From assembly GCA_002633005.1 (NCBI GenBank), contig NMRA01000935.1, positions 1 to 64,000 of the forward strand: a DNA stretch of 64,000 nt, given 5' to 3'. A program made the position numbers and the translations under genes. The DNA is from Phoronis australis (taxonomy: Eukaryota > Animalia > Phoronida). The first letter of the stretch is position 1. Every line of letters starts with the position of its first letter. Shown here in pieces: positions 39,430 through 53,370 of the stretch. Under the pieces are notes generated by a model, which made no database searches, was not told where the DNA came from, and worked only from the letters and a program-made list of their open reading frames with translations.

Positions 39430-42400
39430 CATCAGCACAGTCACGGTGGCTGGACCTTCACTACGTGTTTGGACTGGTCATGAGGAATACGGCGTCGTCA
39501 TGAGCAAAATCGGCAAAAATTTTCCGACAAGGCTTACTTTCGGAGATCTTTCACCTCACTAAAAATTGCTTTTTGCAACAAAACTGTTGGCATGCACTCA
39601 GTGGAAGTGTAGTCGTTGAATGTGACCTAATTACAATAATAGGGTCACTACATTGAATAGGCTCAAGAGATTTCACTTATTGTTTACACAATGATAAACT
39701 TAGAATATCAGTTTTTTTACTTTTATTCTTGTTTGTCTATTTTATGTATTTGAGAACTACCATGTTGCCATAGACAACGCGCATGAGAAGTATAGTTGAT
39801 ATTTGTAATTTTTAGTTTAAGTTCTGTAGCATTTTATGATACCTACTCTCAAAATATCTATACTGACTTGTCACACTCGAGTTTCCGGTGATTGTCCGAA
39901 CTCGTCATGAGCAACTGTACGGTTTCGCATTCAGCCGCTGGTGTTTTCAACGTATTGTTGTCGTCTAATTATGCATCAATACCTGCAAAAAGTAACGCAT
40001 TCCTATTACACATGAACCAGTATCTTGATAAATAATGTCAAATGAGTCTCAAAACTGGTTACCGGCCAAAACTTGCTGCCCGACTTACTGCACCGATTAT
40101 ATCTCCCAGGAATAACTGAGATTTGTTGGTTTCGATGACGTAAACCATGTAAATTGCCCAGCACTAAACTTCAAAGATTAGCAGACTGTTGCAAAGACTT
40201 CGAGTTGGAGGAAATATCTAAAATTCACATAAAACATACCGCAAGGTTTGGCGCCTGAGTAACTCACTACACCGATTTCCACATTTGGCATGTAGGACCG
40301 CACAACTTCGTGAATTTCTCCACTGCTAGTTCACGTCCCTTCTTAGTGGAACTAATCCTTTAAATCTCAGTGACAAAATGTCACATACTTTGTATGTACA
40401 TTATTTCAACTCCAAGCGCGAAGGGGTGGGGATTTGTTAAAATGTATGCACTAATGGCGGAAAATGTCCAGCCCGGGTCACGGGTCTGGGCTACAGCGAC
40501 CTACTGGGGTTTTGAATTTAAGAAGACTAGATGAGACTTTCGTGAAGACTGCAAGGACTAACTAAATTCAATTTCGACACACCGTGCGAGTAGTTCCAAT
40601 GGGTGAAAATGAGGTGCAGCGGCCCTAAGCCTTTCAGTCGCGCTGTGAAATGATGTGATCTTGACATGGACTTGATGAATGTATCGTGAATTATAATTAA
40701 TCAATATACCAACTTCATACATATTCTTTTAGAAATGCAAGTACATGTACGTACATGTACTCACTTTTACGTATTCGCATGAAATCCAAACAACGTGGGG
40801 TATAGTTGAATCTGTTAACCGAAATGTCGTTTATTTTTGTATGTAAAATTATAACAATTACATGAAAGTTTAGATACTTTCGGAGTAGTGAACATGAAAA
40901 GTTATTCTCCAACTAAATGTTTCCGTCCGAGTATGTAATAAGGTGTAATCATTGATTTAAACATGCTTAATTTGATAATTTGGCACGAGCTAACGCGAGA
41001 ACTTTCCGTTTATGGACCACATTACATCCGAATTTGAGCAACCGTCACGGCATCCTCATTTCTGGTATTACGAATTCTGTCTTATCCCAGGAGCATACAA
41101 CTGAGAGCCATCGTTGCCGTGCATACAAATTTCCCATCCCCTGAGGGCCTTACCGAAAACTCTATTGTTGACGTTTGCAAAATATCAATGGTCCACCTTT
41201 CTAGACATTCGAACCACCCCCGCGCAATGCTGGCTACGAGCATGCAAATTCCTCAGTTTCCATACTCTCTAGTTTTCCTGTTTAAGTCTTTGTTGTCCAT
41301 CTTTCAAGTTTGGTTAATCTCCGTAGCCGAACTGGTCAATGTCTCCACCAGATTTAGTTTTAACGACATGTATCTTCTAGCCGTCAAAGCTCAACTCACA
41401 CGCACCGTCTTTGGGTGCGATATCAACAAATTTGTGAATAATTCCAGGAGTTATAGACATATCCACTTTTGACGTAGGCAGTTTGCTTAAGGTTGTCGAG
41501 GGTAACAATTCCGCCACATCTAAAAACAGTAGAGAACGCTATCTTGTTTAAGGGGAGCGTGTCATCTGCTACCATCCTATTAAACTTGACCCAGGTGTTT
41601 GACTTGACTATTGTTTTCAAAACATCGATCACGCATGGTGTGACATCACATATTTCTTTTACTGTATGGGCGCACCTAGGGGGGGGCGGTCCCGGGAGGG
41701 CTCGAAAGAGCCCCCCCTCCCCCCTATTTGGCAAATTGAGCAAAAAGGTCCGCCTTACTGAAACAAAAAATCCGAGTAAACGAGACAAAAGTCCACAAAG
41801 TCCACAGGCGCGGATGCACAATTCGTAGGCCTGAACCTTGTGGCCCCGTTTTGCTTAGTCCTCGTTGATTTTATTCAGAAAATTTTAAGATGGGTGGGGG
41901 CATGTATTGCACCGTATACTCGTGCTAAATCTGTCTCAATATCCCTTTCTCATTCTTTTCTCTCGGTTTATTCTTCATTTTTCCTTCTCGTTCTTCTTTT
42001 GCCTTCTTGTGATCAAACTCTTTTCCTCTTATAGATATGTTTTGCTTGAACTGGTTTCGCAGCCCTCCTCCAAAACAATGTCGGGAATGCACCAATATTT
42101 TTTACTCTGAAACATTCCAAACCGCTGTGTTCATGAAATGTTAGATACCCAATACTTAGTACTTGATCGCCGTGATATGCGATGCCGTGGCCAATTACTT
42201 CAGCAAAGTGATCTGTGCAAACATAGAAGTAACACCATCTGAAGGCGGTTGACTGGAAAAATTGTAAAATGTTTTTACATCGATTTCACTCTGTCCAAAA
42301 TGATTAATGACAATGGCCTAACACTTCTTATCTGTGGTCTCACTTTGGTACACCGTTTTCAAATGCATCCAATCTTTCTCAAGTCATCTAGTTAAACGGT

Positions 42401-42870
42401 CTAAAATTTGACTAATTCTTAACCAGCTCATTGACGAGTCCGTACAGTCGTTTGTCTGACTGCCTAATTTATATCTTCCATATCTTTGTTTATCAAGCAC
42501 AATTTTAGGTTGAAACATTGCACATTTTCATAAAATACTACTTACAGTATGAAATGTATTAAATCAACTACATTATGCATCATTTTATAACAAACTTTCA
42601 CCGCTATTCCTGATTTTTTTCGCACAACCACGGCTACCGAGTCGCATTGAGCCGTCATTGATAGTCACTAACGAGAGAATCTTTCAGCGTTTGGCAAGAC
42701 TCTTAAGCTATTGGGCAAACAGTTTCTTATTACATATAGGATCGATTTCTACATTTTAAAGACAATTTTGTTCGACTGGTGGTGAATTCCTGCATGAAAT
42801 TGCTCGTGACGACGCCGTACTCCTCATGACCAGTCCAAATACGTAGCACAGGTCTCCACACCGTGACAGT
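39430..42870. repeat. Inverted repeat pair (39430-39530 and 42775-42870) enclosing decayed coding-like sequence
   Basis: TTTGGACTGGTCATGAGGAATACGGCGTCGTCA is the near reverse complement of TGACGACGCCGTACTCCTCATGACCAGTCCAAA. Confidence 0.55.
40490..41220 (+). repeat. Dispersed repeat family C, 3' part
   Basis: Colinear similarity to 24760-25710. Confidence 0.75.
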
Positions 42871-42984
42871 GACCTAGCAAAAGACGAAAAGACAGTAAAC
42901 ACGAGCACACGTGCTAGGTTCACGCGTCTTTGACATATATCGTAATAGCTGGAATATATACACAAAGCGTACCGAGAGTGGCGT

Positions 42985-43740
42985 ATAAATATATATTATT
43001 ACATGTTCTCAGTCGTTATCCCCGTATTCTAGAGCCCGAGTGGATTTTGGAGAATTATCGCGAACGAGAAACGTTGCAATGAATCGATCTACCTTTCTCG
43101 ACTGGCCTCGGCTTTGTAACTACAGTGTACTTTCTATGTCAGAGACCCGGGGTCGGAGGTCGTGCCCTTTTAGAAAATCCTATCTATTTTTGTCAAATAC
43201 TCAAAACCAATTGAAAATTTAAACAGAGTGGATAGAAAGTGAATCTATAAATTAAGGTTTGCCAACTATTGTAGCTTACTACACATTTTATCACGCTAAG
43301 CTTCGACCGAGAAAATAACGTCGGCTAATGAAGGTCACCAGTGGTAACTGAGTATAATGCTCAAGTCGAAGGATCCTGACGACAAGATACCCGCATTCGA
43401 ATTGGAGATCGGTGATTTACAAGTGAGAGAAAATGAGAGATAAATTGCACTAAATTGAAATATCGTTTTTATGGAAATTATGCGTCTAAGTCTTCATAGC
43501 GTATAAATGTTGGTACAATGCCTTTTGTTGATCATGCGATTGTTGCGCGTGCTCATTTAAGTATTCTATTTTCATGTGTGATGACGTCAGCCACTGAGTG
43601 GTGCGGTCGACGACTTGAAACTCTTGCGGATCGGGTTCGAAACCGGCCTCGATTCCCGCAAAATGTTATCTAACTAAATGGGTTATTACACGGCTCTATT
43701 GGCCATTTGAGGCTGATATTGTGGTCTGAGAAGTAATATC
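42985..43740 (+). mobile_element. Composite repeat with tRNA-like A/B-box segment, copy 1
   Basis: Homologous to 54805-55545; B box GGTTCGAAACC near 43634. Confidence 0.75.
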
Positions 43741-43781
43741 AATATTAATAATATACATTATATGTACACTCCTTTGTAATG

Positions 43782-43840
43782 TCCCACAAGACATTATTCC
43801 GCGTATCGACCGATGCGAGGAATAATAATGTCGAGTGGGA
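43782..43840. repeat. Short imperfect palindrome
   Basis: TCCCAC..GACATTATTCC..GTATCG / CGATGC..GGAATAATAATGTC..GTGGGA. Confidence 0.6.
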
Positions 43841-43849
43841 TAAAACGGC

Positions 43850-46575
43850 AATCTTTTTTATGATGAAACATTTAATTATTCAACCAACCAGTACATACAG
43901 TTGTGCAGCAAAATGAAATCTACTTAAGTGTACATCAAACAAATTACGAACATTATCGGACCCTATAAAAGCTAGTTACGCAAAAAAGACCACCTTGCCT
44001 GGAATCTCTCAAGATCCCTTATATCATTGTAAATAATTTTTTCCAGGTTGTAGTAATCACATACCTCACGTAAGAATTACTGAAAATTGGGCTTAGCCTT
44101 TTGTAGTCTTTGTCTATATAAAGAATTAAATTTACAACTTCTAATCTACAGCCTGGATCTCCAAACAAGGCGGAAGACATATTTAACTGCAGAGGGAAAT
44201 TGCACTGATTTATCATCCATGTTTTTAAACATCCCCAAAACTTCTGAACAAGTGAACATTCCCAATACAAATGTAGAATTGTTTCTTCATGTTGCTCACA
44301 GAAAGAGCATAAAGACGATTCACTAACACTTATTTTCTTTAAATAAGAGTTTGTACCAATAAGTCTGTGATTGATACGGAATTGAAGCTATCTGAGTCTG
44401 ACATCGGAAGTACAATGATAAATTACAGAATGAATTTTTTCCCAAGATTGAGTGTTATCGCATAAGTTAATTTCTCTCTCCCACTTCAATTCTGCGACAG
44501 GTTTATATACAAATTAGAAATGAATAATTCATAGATTTTCCCAGTCCCTTTATTTTCCGAGGAGATTCGAAAAATATGTTCTGGAAAAAGTGGAGTGACT
44601 ATAGTACTCTTGTATCTTAGATAATTCCAAGAACGAAGTATTGAACTTCGAATTCCATAGAAATGAATAATACAAGGACAAAATTGAAAACGTGTACAAA
44701 AGGTATGATAATCATAAATATATCCCTTATCAGGGTCAATTAAATTGTATACGTACCGTATACCCTTTTGAAACCACTTGTTCCAAAAAATGGAGTATTG
44801 TCTATACAAATTTTGGGGTTATACCACAAAGGTTGGTACAAAGGATCATCTATCTTACAAAGATTGATAAATTCGTATAAGATATAAAAAACATCCTTCG
44901 AAAAATATTCTTAGTACGGTTTGATACTTCAAGGAAAAAACAAGAACCTAACTGGAAAGAGTCATTTTTTATATTAGGAATAATTTCACATAAAATATTT
45001 AGCCAATGAGAAGAATCTTCGAATCCAAGTTTAATAGCTTTGACAAATGACGCAACATGGACCATATTCCCACCTCCATCTTCAATTTTCTGCACCATGT
45101 TTTTTCTAGAGATTCTATCAGAAGAGGTACCCCATATAAATTAAAAAAAAATTTTTCAATGTCCTTAAAAAAGTAGCACTTGGAAGAGGAAGTGTGTAAA
45201 AGAGGTGAATCAGTTTCGGTAATAAGAAAGATTTGACAACCTTTATCTTACCAAAGGTAGATAAATATCTTTTTGACCAATTTCCAATGCCATTTCTAAC
45301 CTTGATTAATTTTACATCGTAGTTTAAGTGAATCATGTCCTGTAAGTTGACAGAGAAGGTAATTCCAAGAGATGTGAACTGGGAATTTTCCCATTTTAAA
45401 TCTTTTTCACAGCAAAGCCTATCACCACACCATATCTTAGAACAAATCCATATACAAACAGTTTTATCGATATTGGGTGTCAAACCAGAACACGTAGCAA
45501 ACTGATCAAGAAGGTTAAGTGACGATTTTAAAGTTCGATGGACCATCTAGAAAGAGGACCGTGTCGTCTGCATATACTCTTAAGAGCCTACTTTTATGTC
45601 TTTAACATTCTCGCATTGCCTCAACATAGATGCCATAATTTCGGCACACAACAAAAAAGGTAAGGTGAAAGGGGATCCCCTTGTTTGCAACCTCGGCAAA
45701 TGTTAAAGTAGTTCGACGTAAAGCCATACTGAATGACCGAAAGTTGGACACTTTCATTGAGTATTGTGAACCAACAAATAATATCGTCACCAAAATTGAA
45801 ATAGTGTAGAACTTTCTTAAGAAATCTCCAGGACACAGAACCAAAGGCTTTTTCAAAATCAATTAATACCAGAAGTCCTGGAATATCCTTAACTTGAGTA
45901 TATTGTAAGATGTCATAAATCACTCTGGTGTTCTCCCCCATAAAGCGACCTGGGAAAAACCCAGTTTGATTAGGATGAATTAACTTATTTAAAACAGATT
46001 TTATCCTTTGTGCAATACATGCTGATAATAGTTTATAACTTGAATTTAGTAAGGAGATTGATCTCCAATTTTTAATGTATTCACGTGGTTTCTTGCCCTT
46101 GGGAATCAAAGTAATGACACCTTGACGCATAGTGGTAGGGAGACGGCCGATTCGAAAACTGTCATTAAAAGATTTGATCAAAAATGGCGACAATTCTTTC
46201 CAAAAAAAATTGTGAAACTCTACAGGAAAACCATCAGTCCCCGGAGTTTTGTCATTTTTCATACATTTAAGGACAGCCGCAGCTTCGATCAGTATATGTT
46301 ATTGGTCCTTCTAGTTTTTCTTTCAAGTCGGCGTCTAGTTTAGGCATATTTTCAGGGGTCACCAAGTTCTCCAACTCATATTGGAGAGAGTCATTTTCTT
46401 TGGATGCATATAAATTTGCATAGAATTTTTCGATTGCACGCAGTATAGCTTTTTGGTTCGTCAAGCTTCTTCCAGTCTCGTCTATAAGTTTGTGGACATT
46501 CTTGTTCACGTAACTGCGTTTTTCGCCAATCTTGGTGCATTTTGTATTTATCCCATGCGCTTCGAATTCTGAAGT
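43850..46575 (-). mobile_element. 5'-truncated L1/Tx1-like LINE with frameshifted reverse transcriptase
   Basis: KTPGTDGFPVEF, ITLIPK..K..IKNWRSISLLNSSYK, LIDFEKAF, RGCKQGDPLSPYLF, YADDT. Confidence 0.93.
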
Positions 46576-46609
46576 TTCTTTCATTTTTAGCAAATATTTT
46601 AAATACTTA

Positions 46610-46678
46610 CATGGGCGGCGCAGCACTGACATAAGTAGGGGGCTGTATCCCCAAACCCCGTATAGTCCGCCGCCCATG
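46610..46678. mobile_element. 69 bp miniature TIR element
   Basis: Perfect 11 bp TIR CATGGGCGGCG/CGCCGCCCATG; related end at ~63577; no TSD seen. Confidence 0.55.
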
Positions 46679-48055
46679 TCACATGGTCTGCAACTCAGGC
46701 GCCGATTCCTCGGTAAATGCTACAAGTAAAATGCAAAGTTACCGTTGTTTTCATCGTTGTTATCTATCTCTTTTTAAGTTATAAATCGTTACATTTAAAA
46801 CTATTTTACTAGAGAAAACTTGAAACCTAACTCGCAAGTGAATACCTAATAGGTTGTGATCCGCCATGGGGGATGGGGGACTATACCCCCACTTACTGCA
46901 GTGCTGTATAATATTTAGCAAATAAAACTGAGGCAGAAGTGTCATATAATTAACAGTTCTGTACCAGATATTATGTTTGGGACATGATTGCATCTTGAGT
47001 GTTATTTATACTGCTGTAATTAAACTATTTTGGGAAAGTTTGATGATCGAACCGGCTATCAATGTAGAGTCAACATTGACCTACTTTTTGACATTTCGAT
47101 GTCCAAGCGCACTGTTAAAGTAATTCCGGGATTGCAATGCGGAAAACAATATAACATGCCCGTATTGCATTCGACTTCGTCAACGCGTATGGGATGAAAG
47201 GCCATGGCCTTATGGCTCAAATAATGCGTTTTTTAGAACACTTAAACCTGCAAATGATCCATAAGACCATACCGGTATTTCGGATATAAGGCCATTTTTG
47301 TTTTTGTCAACCAGTCATGACCAAAACGTTAAATAATGAGTAATATTATGAATTATTGCTTCTCTAAAAAGCATTTGATACAAATATTGAATAAATAATA
47401 AAACATAGAAATATAAGAAGCGCGACAACATGTGTAGTGAATTCCGAAATGGCCAACACCAAACACTTTCTGTCTGGGTACGGAAGAACGGTGCTGCATA
47501 CATTTAGTACTTGCTCTGCGAGGTGTTCACGCTTATCGTGTTTCCCCTAAACTTAATCAGACAATTGTGGTTGGGACTGATGCATCTTCAAAGTCCAGGG
47601 ACTATATTTGAGTGACGTCATGTTGCACGAGAGCACCCTGTACTGGCTTATACAGCGTAGATGGTTAATGAAAGTACAGCTCCTCACAGCAGCTGTCATG
47701 AAGAGCCGAGTGAGATGGTCTCGTCGAGCTGGAGGACATGAAATAACAATCAACCTTCATGTTATGTCCAAAGACGAACCGCGAATGCAAGACTTGCACA
47801 GAACTACCCAAATGAGCCATTATATTGTGCTGTGAACAGTTATACGTGCATTCAAGGGGCAGACAAAAACTACTTTGGAATTACACTCGTTTTAAATAAT
47901 TTCATCAGTAGAACTTACACCGAAAATACATTTCATTGTAAAGTTATTTCATCGTTTTCTCACATCTGACACTATAAAACAACTTTAAATAATTAAAAGA
48001 GGGATACACATTGTCCATTTCTCAACTCTATGTTGTTGAGACAATTCACTCTTAA

Positions 48056-49483
48056 AGGAGAATGCCACCCGAATTAATTTGGTCTATATCCACATCACCT
48101 CCTACGCAGTCGATCTCACCTCGCCGAAAGGTGTCGCGTTAACCTGCGAAGAAGGTGAGTACGCGAAGCAGTGGTTCTTCAGTGAGTGTGTGCCGCTATT
48201 GTGTGGCGTCCCGTTCCCGCTTGTGCGAATCACGAACCTGCGCGGAAAGCGGGTATATCGTTTTTTTTTTTTCGATTTCCTCGAGAACACGAAAAGCTTA
48301 GGAGGTGGTTCCCGGCAGTAAAGAACGAAAAGTACGACGTAATACCAAAAAGTGTGATGCCTTCAAGTACATGTATCTCCGTGTCTGTGGGCGGCAAAGC
48401 GGTTCTGATTCAAAATGAATTATTTTCACCCTAATCAATATTTATATAAAACTGAAACAATATGTCAAAGTCTGTCTCAGTAGATACAGTTTGTAATGCC
48501 TTAAAAGTGTTCGTGAGTGCAGATGTTTTGAGAAATCAACAATGAATAAATCATACTGCGTTACCGGCTTCAGTTGTAATAAAATTAATTGACCGCCGTG
48601 TGAGCGCATGCTAATTCAGTGTTTGCTGACAGAAATCTGTTGTAAAACTAAAACTCGTTTTTATGTGCTATGGTCGATGTTATATTATTCAAATCATTTT
48701 TGTTGTGCACCTTTTCTCTGTACGGTTCTATGGAAGGGGAACCTAGCTTCGCGATACCCGACGAGTAAGTAGATTTGCAACTTCGCGGCGAATTCGCCGA
48801 AATACTCACGTGCACATTATTTCTTTGGTTCGCTAGTCTAGTCCTTTCGTAACTGGAATTTAGTTTTCAACTTTGGCAGCTATCTAATCCGGCTGGTTTA
48901 TGTTCGCAATGTCTCCAGTCCGGCCGCGACGGACCAGATCGTGTTCCAAGCTACTGGGTTATAACGAGCGTTTTGTGTTTAGAACATGAAATTCGCAAGT
49001 CAAAAGTTACAACACACGGCTATGCTTTTCTCAGTGTCTCTATTTCACGGAGGAATGATTCTAGTTTATCACCGAACAGACTCCATACTTCCCGCGACAG
49101 ACCACGTTAAGTTGACGTTAAGTTGGTCTACCCCGGCGAACTTTGAAAGCTACATGTACGGTACGTTCAAAATTTCTATACATCTGTAGTAGCGAAATAA
49201 AACGATTCATTTGTTTAAAAATGAATGTATGTGTGAGGGTTTCAAATCGAATTGTGATGGTTTATTTTTGTAAAACGATGAATTCAAGCGATGAGCTGAC
49301 ACCAGTGAGCGTCTCGTGAACTGCTGAGCAGACTGTGTTAGAACTTGTGACGTCATTCGTTAAATTTAACACCTCCGTCTGTCGTCTGGTGTCAGCTAAA
49401 AGAACTGAACTTGCTGTCATCGAGTGTAACTACTCGATCTAAATTCGGATGCAAAGTACGTTGTTTTTTGGTGACAATCTCCT
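48056..49483. mobile_element. Kolobok-like non-autonomous DNA transposon (family K), copy 2, complete
   Basis: TTAA|AGGAGAATGCCACC ... GGTGACAATCTCCT|TTAC: 14 bp imperfect TIRs with a TTAA-type TSD. Confidence 0.82.
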
Positions 49484-51049
49484 TTACTGAGCACTAACTT
49501 CATCGACTGAAGAACGACAAATTTGAATTGAACTGTTTCAGTTAGTCAACGGCCTCGTCGTCACCCGCGTTGTCATCTGCGGGGTCAATCTCGATGACTT
49601 ATTCAGGCATGACATCGCCTTGAAGAAAAGTTTTTAGTCTCTGGTGTGGCCTGGGCTGTGCTTCCTCTGAAGGAACTCCGCAACACTTAATTGCATGTTT
49701 GAAAATCTCTTTATACGCGGAACTTCAGGCATTACGTCTTAGCGGACCACGTCGGCATAACTCACCCGATTGCGCTTGCCACTTCTTGTGTAGAGGACTT
49801 CAGCGTCTGCGACCCATTCTTTTCATTTCATTTTCACTGAGTTCTTAAATGACTGCAAAAAAGAAAATGAGATCGATGAACAGGCCTAATTTGTACATAT
49901 AGCCGACAAGGCTGCATAACAGATTTTTTGAATGAGCCCTACCAAATAGGTATTTACAGGTGAAGTCCAAGAAAATGGTAAACAAATTAACGGTCATAAA
50001 AAGGATTCTTCTAAAATACCCCACGACCCACAACCACCTAGACCCACGACCTGCGGCAATAGAGGTATCTTTGCGCTTTTTACACATTTCATAATCTTAT
50101 TACCTTGCTGAGTGACTTTCCCGTAAAACTTAAATGTACCTACACGAATTTGCTCTTGCTCAAAATTGGTAGTTAAAAACAAAGCCTGAGACCTACCGTA
50201 GTTAACTGTTTATCCAGGACAAGATGAGTTTGTATCTTGGCTTTGAGCCTTATTTCTTATCAAAATACTTCGCTCTAGGATTAGAAAAGTATAAGCAGTG
50301 TTATTGACTCGACCTGTTTTACTCGCGGAATCCCATCTAGTGACCTACTTTTCATTCAACGGAATTTAGCAAACGGCAGAATAAAAGTATCGGTGACTGT
50401 TCACTGATTGAGCATAGCGCATAGTGGCCTTGTCATTTGTCAGCTGAAGGTGAACTGTGTGGGGTTTTTCGGATTTTCACTGGCTCCGGAATCCTTTCCC
50501 CGAACACTTACTTTTTCATCGTCTCCTTTACAAATTCTCACATCTCGTGCTGAAAATCATCGTCTGTTGTAGAAACGTTTTCGGATAGTCCAAAACTCTC
50601 ATCGATTCCATCAGGAACGTTGTTCAGCGACAGTGTATTTGACTCCGGCACCTTGTTTGTTTGTTTCTTTGTTTGTTTGTCGGGTGTCACGAGACTGTTT
50701 GCAAGGTGGCGGAGCTTGTAATAGGTCAATTATTTAGGTATTAGTATTTGTCACGCGCATTCACTTTTTGGGCCCACGCTTGATGATGGCCTTATAGGCC
50801 AACTAATGCGTTTATGTATACAGAGCATTTGAAAATACAAATGGCCCATGCTACGGCATTATTGGGGACAAATAAAAAAACAAGAATAATAAATATTTTA
50901 AGTTGTATTGGGAATTTCAGGGTCACAGCTCTACAAATAAATATTTCACAGAAGGAACCAGATGGGTTCCTTAATTACAAGAGATAACACACACATTTCC
51001 GATACCCAAAGTGTAACTGAGTATCGGATACTAAGTGGCACAGGTTAGC

Positions 51050-51200
51050 ATAGTACCAAATGGGTACATAATACCAAATGGGTATTGGCCGATTGCCTAC
51101 CAACTGGGTCGAGCAAAGCGGCAAATTCAATAACAAGTACCAAGTGGGTACAAACTGCCAAATGGGCAAATATCATATAAAGTACCAAGTGGGTACACCA
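51050..51200 (+). repeat. Short motif cluster ACCAA(A/G)TGGGTA
   Basis: At least five near-identical copies with irregular spacing. Confidence 0.6.
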
Positions 51201-51968
51201 AACAGCCAACTGGGCTATAACAACCTGCAAAGCAGGTTCCGGACAAGCTGAGTGAGCAGACCAGCCGGAGTGATAAAAAGAGATATTGTAAGAAACGTGG
51301 TGTTGTGGCTCAGTATGTGCCACATGGGCAGGGTTGTTCATGGATGAACAATCCTGTCCACCGCCACAACTGGCATTATATTCGAGTATAAGGCCATACT
51401 CTACTATGAAGCCATGGTAGCTTTATATTCCAGGTAATACGGTAAGTATACGCCACCATGCGGGAAAAAGAGTAACATAATGTCCGCTTGCGTTGGCTAA
51501 CGTGGTAAATGATGGCAAACGTTCATGTATTGAACCAAAGATAGACAAGTGCAAATTTTCCACCTACAATGCAACTGCAAATAACAATAGGGGTCATATT
51601 TTTAAAAATACATCGACGCAGGACATAAGCAAATAAAGATAGTGTGGTCGTATGCCAACTTCGTTTGCAATGCAAGGCGATATCTCGGGAAACCTCGCGT
51701 GACCATGCGTTTTCGCGAGTTTCTGGAGTCTACGGCGTGCGGGCCTGCATTCAGATAATCACGTGTGGTCACTAGTACGTGCACCACGCCGAAGAACTAC
51801 TTTCTGCTTTCCATTTTTCAAATAGACCTATTTAGCAGTGGAACTTTTCTTCGTTAGAACCTGGTGAGAAGTCCATTGGACTGAACTCCGGAGTGTTTTG
51901 TAGTGTGAAGAATGTGGGATTAGAAGCATGCCAGTAGTAGAATCTATTTTTTCATCGATTTCTTTCAG

Positions 51969-52069
51969 TTGTCTACCATTAAGGGACGGGGATCTTTACT
52001 GGTTTACAGGCTGCAATATCACGAAGTCGTCGTCTACTTGTATCACTGCTATTGAAAATTGCCCAACAA
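51969..52069 (+). CDS. Gene B, exon 2: 4-Cys module (SCLPLRDGDLYWFTGCNITKSSSTCITAIENCPT)
   Basis: TTTCTTTCAG acceptor (phase 2), AA|GTAAGT donor (phase 1); paralogous to 1-85. Confidence 0.88.
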
Positions 52070-53234
52070 GTAAGTACAATCGTCAACAATGTGCTGCACT
52101 CAACGAATTAATTATGAAACTATAGAAATTCCCTAACCAAATTTTCTCTATTTGCACAAGTTGATAGCGTTATTTAATGGTCTGTAAAAGTTGCTTTTTG
52201 GAAGGGCTCATACTTCAATCAAAAAGACTTTTTATACAAAAAATATACTAAGCGAATTGAAACGTTATCGAAACTTTCCTCTGCATATATCTGTACCACT
52301 TGGAAAAAGTATTTTGAATATTTTCACTTAATGGTTTAATCCATACAATGGTCGAGAGTAAAATTCTGTGCGTGGGCCAACATTTGCGCGAAAATTTCTT
52401 GAACATCAGCTACTGTTCTCAAATATTGGCACTGGGTGGAGCTGGTCAGCCTGTTCCAGGCCTCTCCCATTATATGGTTTTACATCATCCCTCTCCATCC
52501 CCTTGCAGGCAGAAGTTTGCATTCCATGCGTGTTGTTCTACTATGGTGTCAAACCTGGGTTGCGTTCCGTAAGCGCAAGACACTCAAGAGGCGCTTATGG
52601 CCGCAAAGCATAGTCTAGTCAGCTGGCCAAAACTTAATAAATCTTCCAATTAAGTCATGTTAGAAGCACACAACACATATCACAATCACTCAAAACTATC
52701 ACTAATCACTGTTGGAGGGGTTGCCTGTTTTAAAATTTAAATTTAGATTAGGATTATTCTTCGGAAGCTTGCCTTATGATAAAGGGACAACTAAGGAAGA
52801 TCATCACAGTTTCTTAAGTAAACACATTCTCGATAGTTACAGATGGACAGTCTCTTTAAATTGCGAATATGCAAACAAAGCGCTAATTTACAAACAACCC
52901 CAGGTCCTCCAGAGTGCCGGAAACCATCCGAGGACCAGTTGATACAATAATCTCGCAAAAGTCTCGTGTTGCGAGATCATTTTTATGTAAATGAGTACGG
53001 TTTTATTTCATCATTACCCTAATGAAACAAGACAGGTTTTATTATTTGTTGATTTCGCTTTCAAATAACGATTGGCTGCGAAATATTTGGAATTGCCAGG
53101 GTTTTTATATGTTCACACTTGTTTTTAGTTAACCAGCTTTAAGTGTTTAATAAAACCGCAATTTATTTACAAATTGTTCCTTTTCCTGCTGCCACTTGTG
53201 CTGCTTTATTTACATCTATCTTCTCGGCAGTCTC

Positions 53235-53370
53235 TGTCGTGCCCTTGATAAAGAGCGTGCCGCTCGAAATGTTGGGAATATTTTGATATCTTTTAGTACC
53301 GACGTTCGTCGTTTTACTTTCACTATTTTATATTTATATCGGTCGGTAACTGCACGACATTCCAACATCT
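53235..53370 (+). ncRNA. Penelope-like pLTR remnant with a minimal hammerhead-like motif
   Basis: CTTGATAAA-GAGC-GTGCC-GCTC-GAAA-TGTTGG: variant core, stem II and GAAA; two downstream segments complementary to the flanks. Confidence 0.4.

Noticed and set aside
49500-50730. Coding-like minus-strand fragments (EWVADAEVLYTRSGKRNRVSYADVV; PDKQTKKQTNK...)
   Set aside because: Interrupted by stops and no recognisable domain; cannot be assigned.
51560-51585. Partial reverse-complement resemblance to miR-33
   Set aside because: Several mismatches and no precursor hairpin.
52509-52568. Possible 60 nt phase 1-1 exon (CCCCTTGCAG ... GTAAGC) in gene B intron 2
   Set aside because: No counterpart in gene A, adds an odd Cys and does not fit the module pattern; needs RNA evidence.
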